A stretch of DNA of 62,636 bases, the filler included. It is 10 parts of 10 records of this genome, joined end to end, with 100 filler letters (N's around TTAATTAATTAA, not from the genome) between each part and the next. Parts side by side here need not be neighbours in the genome. Positions count along the whole stretch, not along the records: positions 50,313 to 57,349 come from SRR31147125_96050; positions 57,450 to 62,636 come from SRR31147125_96097; 8 more parts are not named here. One strand, 5' to 3'. The position numbers and the translations under genes were made by a program. Positions within the stretch are counted from its first letter, which is position 1. Each line of letters starts with the position of its first letter. Positions 54,401 to 62,636 of the stretch are shown here, one piece after another. Under the pieces are notes generated by a model. It did no database searches and was not told where the DNA came from. It saw only the letters and a list, made by a program, of their open reading frames with translations.

Positions 54401-57318
54401 ACAACGAAATCCAAAAGGTTCCACGAATCACGGAAATAGGAATTGGGAAGAAGAATCCAACCCTTGGCAACAACCTTGGCAATGCAACAAGCATGAGCAT
54501 CAAACAGCATTGCCCTGTTCCAACCTTAATGATCAATTCCAAAAAGAAGACAAGATAGAAGATAACATCCATTATGCGTGTAAAGTCGGAAAAGGTGTCA
54601 TCCTCGCGCGTCTTGGGATTCTCCATGGCAAGAAGAACACAACTGAACAGAATCACCACCATAATGATGGGCTGGAACCAGCGCGAATCCTGCTCCCATG
54701 AATCTCAATACACAAAACAGTACAAACTAGGAACAGAAGAAGAAAACCGCACCACAATCCGAATGCATGTATGTCGTAGCGTGTTCTGAGGTCCCAGAAG
54801 GCAGGCAACGTCTTTGTGTCCCTTGCTTATAAGGGAGAGCCAGTCCGTGGGTGGCTCATCCTTTTGTTGTTTGCCCTTGTCATCACACGGTTCGTCGTCA
54901 TCATCGTCATCATCGTCATCCGCCAGAGGGGGCGGAGGTGGGGACGGAGGCGGTGCTTTATCAGCTGCACCCTCCTGTGCTTCCGTGTTTGATTCCATCT
55001 CGACCATCTCAAGAACGGGAGCAAGGGGAGCAGTGCTACTCGACGCATGCGTTGGTCGTTGACCACCAGCTTGGCCAGGCGCGACTAGGATTTTCGCACT
55101 GTGTGATAACAGAACACATCACTGAATCCTACGCCCCCATCAACACAGGTACGCACGAGGAGCTCCAGACACGCAGAATGTTCAGCATTATTTTCTTTGC
55201 CCGATTCTCTTCGTTGTCAGGAACCGATAGTAGAACATTGAGCGGGAGTTCACGCTTGGCTTCTTGCAACTGTTTCTTGTGAAACTCGATCTCCTGTTGA
55301 CTCGCCTTAGATTCCTGTGCGCGTCTCGGTGTTAGGGGTCTTCGTTCCGTGCAACCAGGGGTGGGATACCTCTGCAAGCTCAAAGTTCTCTAAGATCACA
55401 GCGACGAACAAGTTCAGGAGGATATCTACGGGCCGGGATCCTATCAAACAGAGAATGGCACAAACCCCCACGGAACCTACATCGTGAGATGACAAAGAAT
55501 GTAATGATGATAATGGGGGCACTCCAGCCATCAGGAGAATCCATCGTGCGATACAAAATGCTGTCCCAGTTATCGCCTGTCAAGATCTGGGTGCTTGATT
55601 AGCCCTCTGGGGCGGCGAACGAAATCCAATACAAACCTGGAAAAAGGTCATCATGGAAAGGCGGAAATTCTGAAAGTTCGTGCGTGGCAATGGTTCTCCG
55701 TAGTTGTCTCCGTAGACTTGGACCCCCATAAGCGTATAACACACCAAGAAGAGAAGCATGAAAACAGTAACATTGAAGATGGCCATGGTGCTGGCAAATG
55801 TGGTGTCCTGTGTGTGCAGAAGGCGTTAGAAGCAACTGGGTGCCAACAACATCCACGAACAAGTAATTTTCGCAACCCCGCGGGACTTGTGGAAAGACGG
55901 AGAAGGCGGGTAATCCGAAGGGCACGAAGGGCTTTCAAAAGGGCCTTGCTTACACCGCTGAGCTCAACAATCACCGATATCACAGAAAAACAAACGATGA
56001 TAAAGTCAAACCGATTGTAGCCTGATCAATCACCGCTTGATTAAGGAGTGCACACACACACACACGGACACCCCCAAAGGGATACGTGACGTATTGAAAT
56101 ATCCGGTCAGACCACCATTTCCAACTATACGCACAATGCTCTCCACAAGAAAACCCGCAACGAAGATCATGTCGAGGATGTCTTGGATTCTGTGTGAGGA
56201 GAAAAAGGAACATATGAGGGCTTGACGTACCAATAAGGGTTGCCGCCCGATTTGACAATCCCTCGCGGCGCAATCCAAGAAGAATGGCGTAGGTAACCAA
56301 AAGCACACACACCACATGGTCAAAGGAGGGACTCTGAACAATTTGTTCACAGCGGTGCTTCCATGCTTGTAGGACCTTCCCTGCTGGGGAGGAAGGCTCA
56401 AGGGTCTGGTTGACAGGTGCCGGTTCTTCTGCGGGAGGTCCTGTTGAATGGCGTGCTCTTTCGGATTCTACGATGCGATCGAAATCCGTTGACCGGTCGT
56501 CGTCTGTGAAGCCACTTCGTCCCGTCGAACTCTCCCTCCGTACCTGTTACGAAACATTGATATCTCGAATCACCCACGACCCCACTACGAACCCACCTTG
56601 GAGAAGGTTCCGACCACCACAGCTACGAACAAGTTGATAACCATGAGAGAGACCACAAACACCAGACTGACAAAATAGATGGCGGAGACTGAGTATTCTG
56701 AGTCCATAAGCGAGTACATGAAACGTGACCAGCCCTCGCCAGATGTGCTGACTTGAATGAGCAGAGCAGAGTGTCCAATGTCATCAAATGAACTAAAACC
56801 GTAGTTCGGGTTTGATCCAAAGCGGCACTCTTGATTGCTTGGACACTGCAGTCCCTTGTAGGTCTTGTCGCTACAGAATACTTCAGGAAAGGAAATGAGA
56901 TCGGTTCCCTCCACATAACATCGACGTTGGAGCGATCCAGCGAAATTTGTGTTCCCCACAAGGGCGTACACCACAATGAAAAAGAGAAGAAAGGCCAGGA
57001 CATCAGCAATAAGCTGCATACTCCGATGAAGAGCTTCGAGGATGGCACGCATCCCCGTAAAGAAGCGCATCAGACGGACGGCTCGGATGGCCCGGAAGGC
57101 TCGCAGGGGACTAAGGGTAAAGGAGACAGTAGGGATGATGTTGATCCAAGCGGACAACACAACAATGAAATCAAGACGATTCCATGGATCTCGCAAATAG
57201 GTCTCGGGCCCTGCCACAAATCCCAAAGCAACCACACGAAGTACCATTTCGACAAGGTAGATAGCCGCGAAGATGAGATCCACGATATGATAACCGGAGG
57301 AAGAGCTCCTGGGAGGCC
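51408..57318 (-). CDS. Eukaryotic multi-exon four-domain (4x6TM) cation channel alpha subunit, NALCN/Cch1-like; 5' partial
   Basis: Four S4 and four pore loops in order (SGEGW, TGDNW, SLEGW, QGEDW); WN.LDF motifs; ~20+ short GT-AG introns (e.g. 56544-56596, 56182-56230, 53798-53839); inferred stop 51408-51410 overlapped by AATAAA. Confidence 0.88.
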
Positions 57319-57319
57319 C

Positions 57320-57349
57320 TGTGTATGTGTGTATGTGTATGTGTGTGTG
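57320..57349. repeat. Imperfect (TG)n microsatellite, intronic, at contig end
   Basis: Direct reading; ends in a CAG acceptor on the minus strand. Confidence 0.9.
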
Positions 57350-57449
57350 NNNNNNNNNNNNNNNNNNNNNNNNNNNNNNNNNNNNNNNNNNNNTTAATTA
57401 ATTAANNNNNNNNNNNNNNNNNNNNNNNNNNNNNNNNNNNNNNNNNNNN
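57350..57449. other. Artificial contig spacer
   Basis: N-TTAATTAATTAA-N. Confidence 0.99.
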
Positions 57450-57475
57450 CCCGACACCTTAAACTTGAAGCAACA

Positions 57476-57739
57476 CTAGAATCCCCGATCCAAAAGCCTC
57501 ACACAGGTAAATATGACACTTACCAACGCAACTGACGTAAAAAAGCCTGCCAACAATTTAGCATTGAAAACAACCATGATTATAGCCACCATAGACAGTA
57601 TAAGGCACAGACCGACAAACTTCCAGATATTGACTCTATGGACCAGCAACCAAGTGAAACCAACGCCACCAACAAACAGTCCACCTGTTAAAAATGCCGC
57701 GGCTATTGTCTTACCGATATCTACACCTGTTCCAATCAT
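57476..57739 (-). CDS. Small membrane protein (3 TM)
   Basis: AAGGAGAG SD; three hydrophobic segments. Confidence 0.7.
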   Translation of the reverse strand: MIGTGVDIGKTIAAAFLTGGLFVGGVGFTWLLVHRVNIWKFVGLCLILSMVAIIMVVFNAKLLAGFFTSVALVSVIFTCVRLLDRGF

Positions 57740-57866
57740 TATTCACTCTCCTTGATTTTGTATCTGTGATTATCAAATTATTGAATATCAATGATCCTCA
57801 TTTGACCTTTGCGTCTTCGAATTTCGATTTGTGCATTTTCTCAAAAAATTTTTAAGTTAAAAAAAA

Positions 57867-58475
57867 TCAAATCGTTTGCTCAATTAACTCTTTAAGTAAG
57901 CCAAGCATCTTGTCTGAATTATTTGATTTTTCTCTGATAAACAAATCCATTAAAACAAAAAAATAGTCCGCCAAAAAGCATAGTGCAATCAGCCGGCAAT
58001 CCTTTTCTTCTCCGATTTCTCTTCTTGCCTGTGCATTTTTTACGAGATTCGTAATTTCTTGAACATACATCTGATCAAAATGCTTGATCTTTTCTGCCCA
58101 CTCCCCTTCAATAAAAGGAATCTGGCACAAATATTCTCGGGCCAGTCCGGGTCTGGACGTATAAAAACGATAATTGAAACCAGCGACGAAAATAAGCTGG
58201 TCTTTGATTGGAGCGTCAAGTGAAACGGATTGCATTGCCTCATCAAACAATCGTACCAAGTCACCATGACAAGCTGCCGCAAGCAGAGAGGTTTTATTGT
58301 CAAAATGTTTATAAATGGTTCCCAAACCGACTTCTGCGCGGTTGGCAACTGATCTGATAGTCGTTTTTTTAAACCCGTGTTCTTCAAACAAATCCCGAGC
58401 AGTGTCAAGAATCAGTTCATACGTTTCAGCCTTCTGTTTTTGCCGTCTTTTTCCAATTGGATTTGCGAGGTTCAA
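57867..58475 (-). CDS. TetR/AcrR family regulator
   Basis: ILDTARDLFEEHGF.KTTIRSVANRAEVGLGTIYKHF.NK. Confidence 0.93.
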   Translation of the reverse strand: MNLANPIGKRRQKQKAETYELILDTARDLFEEHGFKKTTIRSVANRAEVGLGTIYKHFDNKTSLLAAACHGDLVRLFDEAMQSVSLDAPIKDQLIFVAGFNYRFYTSRPGLAREYLCQIPFIEGEWAEKIKHFDQMYVQEITNLVKNAQARREIGEEKDCRLIALCFLADYFFVLMDLFIREKSNNSDKMLGLLKELIEQTI

Positions 58476-58511
58476 TGGTTCTCCCTTTCTTTATCAAAAC
58501 ACGTTTTCTTT

Positions 58512-58553
58512 GTGAACGTGTTCACTAATAAAACATGATCATGTCTCTGTCAA
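58512..58553 (-). promoter_or_regulatory. tetR promoter region with palindromic operator candidates
   Basis: GTGAAC-GT-GTTCAC (58512-58525), ACATGATCATGT (58533-58544), TTGACA on minus strand (58548-58553). Confidence 0.5.
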
Positions 58554-58918
58554 TATTTTTGTCAACAACGTTCATTGCCATATGGATTTGATTGCCATTG
58601 GCAGCAGTCTTTCAAAGGCAATTAACCTTCGTTGCGAGTAAGGTGCCCATGCGCGTTTATTTAAAAATTAAAGCAATTTGATTGAGATCTACGTTTCGTG
58701 AATCAGGATATATTCATCTTCCATTCACGGCACCCTTTTCGTCCACCGACAAAATTTATACGTAAACAGACAGCGAACTTCTCTCCCGAATGCTATATAG
58801 CCTTCTTGTTGTTAGAAAGTACTATTTTATTTATCAACATATAATTAAATTTTTATCTCCAAATAAAACAGTGGAGAATTTGATGTTAACCAACTAAAAC
58901 CGTAAAGTGAGAAGACAA

Positions 58919-60788
58919 ATGCCAACCCGCAGCAGAAAAAAGAAGCGTAAAACCGGTGTTTCCCGACTCATCGAGATTTCCGGGAGTAAAAAGTGGTGGT
59001 TGATCGGCTCAATGATTCTGGCTGTTTGCGCCTCAATTGCCCAGTTTGTTCCTTATGTCGCCATATATATCATCATTCGAGAACTGGCTGCCCACGCTGC
59101 AGACATCGAGATGCTGGACAAAGGGCTGATCTGGCAATGGGCGTGGGTGAGTCTGGGATCCATCGTTGTATACGGCATCTTTTTGTATGCCTCGCTCATG
59201 CTCTCCCACATCGCCGCCTTTAACATCCTCTATGAGATGCGCGTGACCATTGCCCGCAAACTGGCGAATCTGCCACTGGGATATTTCAGCAAACGGGCGT
59301 CAGGGGAGCTGAAGAAAATCATGTCCGAAGATGTCGAGCGTATCGAACTGTTCGTTGCCCACCACATCCCGGATGTCACCTCCGCCATCGTGTTTCCGCT
59401 GCTGATGCTGGGGTATCTCTTCTACGTGGATTGGCGACTGGCCCTGGTTATCCTTGGTGTATTTCTGGTTGCCATGGCCATTCAGGTCACCATGATGTTT
59501 TTGCCTTCCCAGAAGAAGCAGTATGCCGATTATCATGCCGCCCTGGGCCGCATGAATGCCGGTATCGTGGAATACGTACGCGGTATTCAGGTCGTCAAGG
59601 TGTTCAGCCGCAGCATGGACAGCTTTGAGCGATTACAACATGATATCGAGAGTTTCAGGGATTATTGCGTGGTGATGACCCAAAAGTTCGCTTTCATCTA
59701 CACCGCTTTTCTAACCGTCGTGTCGTCGACCATTGTCTTTTTGTTGCCTGTGGCGATTCTGCTGCTGCTCAAGGCCCCCTCCTTACGCCGACTACCTGCC
59801 GACGCTATTTTTGTTTCTCATCCTGGGCGGAGGGATGTTTTTTCCACTGCTCAAGCTTCTCTATATGAGCGGTTTTCTCAACCAAAATACCCTTGGTGTG
59901 GCGCTCATCGACGATATTCTGGATAAACCCGAAATCGCCGAGCCGAGAAATCCGACCATTCCGGAGGACACGGATGTGGCATTCAAGAACGTCACCTTTT
60001 CCTACGACAAGGATCCCGTTTTAAAAGAGATATCCTTTGTCGCCCCTGCCGGCTGCGTGACCGCCCTGGTGGGTCCGTCCGGTGCAGGCAAAAGCACCAT
60101 CGGCATGCTGACGGCGCGATTCTGGGATGTCGACAGCGGTCGGATTTGCATCGGCAACGTCCCCATCACCGATATCCCAACGGCCGATCTGATGGATCGC
60201 GTCGCCTTTGTTTTCCAGGAGAACCCCCTCTTTTTCGATACCATCGAGGAGAACATCCGCATGGGAAACAAAGCCGCCTCCTTCGATGAGGTCAGAGCCG
60301 CCGCCGAAGCGGCCCAGTGCAGCGGATTCATAGAATCGCTGGAAAAAGGATATCAGACCCTGGTTGGCGAAGGGGGCACCTATCTCTCCGGCGGAGAGCA
60401 GCAACGCATTGGTCTGGCCCGGGCCATATTGAAAAACGCTCCCATCATTGTCCTGGACGAAGCCACCGCCTTTTCAGACCCTGAAAACGAGGGGAAAATC
60501 CTGGCTGCCTTTTCCAGACTGATCAAAGGCAAGACGGTTTTGGTCATTGCCCACCGCCTCAGCACCATCACCAATGCAGATCAAATTTTGGTCATCGACA
60601 AGGGAATGATCGCTGAAAAGGGCCGTCATGACGAACTTCTAGCCCAACACGGACTATACACCCGGATGTGGCAAACGTATACCCAATCAAGGAATTGGGT
60701 TCTTGCCACCCATAAGGGGCATCCGGAAAATTCACAAGAAACTTCGGATCAATCAATCACTGAGCATCGCGTGGAGGAGTATAACTGA
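58919..60788 (+). CDS. ABC transporter fused permease/ATPase (YbtP/IrtA-like), frameshift near 59783
   Basis: SHIAAFNIL..R, DVERIE.FVAH, VEYVRGIQVVK; GPSGAGKS, LSGGEQQR, LDEATA. Confidence 0.9.
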
Positions 60789-62531
60789 TGAACTACCTGA
60801 CTCTGATGAAATCCGCCACCATGGGACGACCGGAGCGATTACGGCCCATGGTTGTTTGGACCATTCTTGAATATTTCCTTCGCGGCGCTCCGTACGGGAT
60901 ATTGCTTTTCGTTGTATGGGAGCTTTTCAAGCCGTTGCAATCCCCAGGCACGCCCTTGAATCTCAATGGGTTATGGCTTGCATACACCGCCCTTTGCATC
61001 TTTTTGGTGCTGCTCTTTGTTGTCAGCCGAAAAGCCTATTTTTCAGCTTATAAAGAGAGCTATGAAATCTGCGCCGACGGTCGTCTGGCAATTGCCGCGC
61101 ATTTGAGAAAGCTCTCCATGGGGTTCTACAACGCCCGAAACCCCGGCGATATCGGCGCGTACCTTGTCACCGATTATGCCAATATCGAACATCTGATTTC
61201 CCACCTGTTTCCCCAAATATGCGGGGCCCTGGCCGCTCCGCTCACCCTGATTACCTGCCTGGCCTTCATGAACTGGAAACTCTCCCTGGCGGCGGCCCTG
61301 GTCATTCCTCTGGCATGGCCTGCCGCCCTCATCTCCTTCAAAATTATCAGCTACTTCGGCAGCCGCCACCAAAAACACAAGGTGAATGCGGCCTCACGCA
61401 TGATCGAATACATTCAGACCATTCGCTTGATCAAGGCCTTTAACCTGAAAGGCGAGAAGTTCGATCGTCTGGATAACGCCTTTTGCACTTTGAAAAACTA
61501 CAGCATCAGGTTGGAGGCGGCCGTCGGCCCCACCATTCTCTTTTCCTCCTTTATTTTGAACGGCGGCACCGTCCTGATCATCCTTTTGGGCTTTACCCTG
61601 CTGATGGCCCATGAGGTATCCCTTCCCGTCTACATCATGTTTCTCATTCTGGGAACACGGGTTTACGAACCCCTTCTGCACGCCCTGGTATTCATGGCAG
61701 AGCTCCAGTACAACAAGCTGGGTGTGGCGCGCGTGGAAACCCTGCGCAAGACGTCGCCGCTGCCTGAAAGCGACACAGACGAAAAAATCTGCGGATACAC
61801 CATTGAATTTAAAACCGTTTCCTTCAGTTACAACGACACCAAGGTGTTGGATGGAGTGAATCTCACCATTCCGGAACATGCCCTGACCGCTCTGGTCGGA
61901 CCTTCCGGCTCGGGAAAAACCACCCTCACGCGACTCATCGCCCGGTTTTGGGATGTGGATAGCGGCGAAATCCACATTGACGGACGCAATATCAAAGCGT
62001 ATGCAACAGATCATTTGATGAGCAATATCTCCATGGTGTTCCAGGACGTCTATCTGTTCAACGACACGATTTTCAACAACATTCGCATCGGCAGATCGGA
62101 CGCCACCCGTGACGCGGTCATCGATGCGGCTAAAACCGCCTGCTGTCATGATTTCATATCCGCCCTTCCCAACGGCTACGACACCATGGTGGGCGAAAGC
62201 GGCAGTACCCTTTCAGGGGGAGAAACAACGAATTTCCATTGCCCGTGCGCTTTTAAAAGATGCACCGATCATTTTGCTCGACGAGGCCACCGCAGCCCTT
62301 GATCCGGAAAACGAATTGCACATCCAGGCCGCCATTGATCAATTGGTCAGAGAGAAAACCGTGATTGTCATCGCCCATCGCCTGAACACCGTTTCCCGTG
62401 CGGACAACATTGTGGTCCTCGACCAGGGATCCATCGCGGAACAAGGCACCCATGAAGCCCTCATGGCCAATAACGGCATGTACAGCGCCCTATGGCAAGA
62501 ACAGCAACGTATCAAAGGATGGAAATTTTGA
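60788..62531 (+). CDS. ABC transporter fused permease/ATPase (YbtQ/IrtB-like), frameshift near 62225
   Basis: HLRKLSMGFY, GPSGSGKTT, LSGGE then KQRISIARALLKDAP..LDEATA in shifted frame. Confidence 0.9.
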
Positions 62532-62636
62532 TGAAAGGAAGTTCCATCGTTCATTCAAATGCCCTAAACACCACTCGATCAAGAGCATTCAAATAATTTT
62601 TTTACGATTAAGGAATAGGTCCGAAATAACTTACCC

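Noticed and set aside
51408-57318. Channel as a fragmented bacterial pseudogene or group II intron host
   Set aside because: Interruptions are short GT-AG introns whose removal restores frame; four-domain channels are eukaryotic.
58800-58860. Fur box upstream of the ABC pair
   Set aside because: AT-rich but a poor match to GATAATGATAATCATTATC.
62608-62636. Possible end of a MITE-like repeat (GGTCCGAAATAACTTACCC)
   Set aside because: Cut by the window edge; no partner repeat visible.

Overview
This window is not one locus. It is ten unrelated contigs joined by nine 100-bp N spacers, each carrying TTAATTAATTAA (stops in all six frames), so gene neighbourhood only means something within a contig. 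(1) 1-5519: deltaproteobacterial-like; NAGGN-type amidotransferase, MscS, truncated LDH, and a putative permuted ATP-grasp ligase coupled to a SAM methyltransferase. (2) 5620-10999: fliC-flaG-fliD-fliS with a very large FliD. (3) 11100-19304: AT-rich, Bacteroidota-like; starts at a tmRNA 3' end and carries five tandem CE1-type esterases. (4) 19405-24593: CDF transporter, macro-domain deacetylase, orphan Lamassu/ABC-3C-like SMC ATPase, decayed IS200 tnpA, PqiC-like gene. (5) 24694-29867: dpp/opp ABC transporter, marR, USP. (6) 29968-35383: planctomycete-like; GH2 end, dockerin-tailed secreted protein, ECF sigma/anti-sigma, AAA-DUF4143. (7) 35484-40808: hisC, PAS/HisKA sensor, surE, MFS, DUF4438. 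(8) 40909-50212: CDP-alcohol phosphotransferase, ino1, CdaA-YbbR fusion, DUF2914, REC-PEP-binding protein, MFS. (9) 50313-57349: EUKARYOTIC, intron-rich gene for a four-domain cation channel resembling NALCN/Cch1, with an E-D-E-E filter and fully charged S4 helices; this is the most striking item. (10) 57450-62636: TetR and a heterodimeric ABC transporter. About 13 genes have single-base frameshifts, mostly in homopolymer runs, which are probably sequencing errors. All family and taxon calls come from motif recognition by eye; no searches were run.
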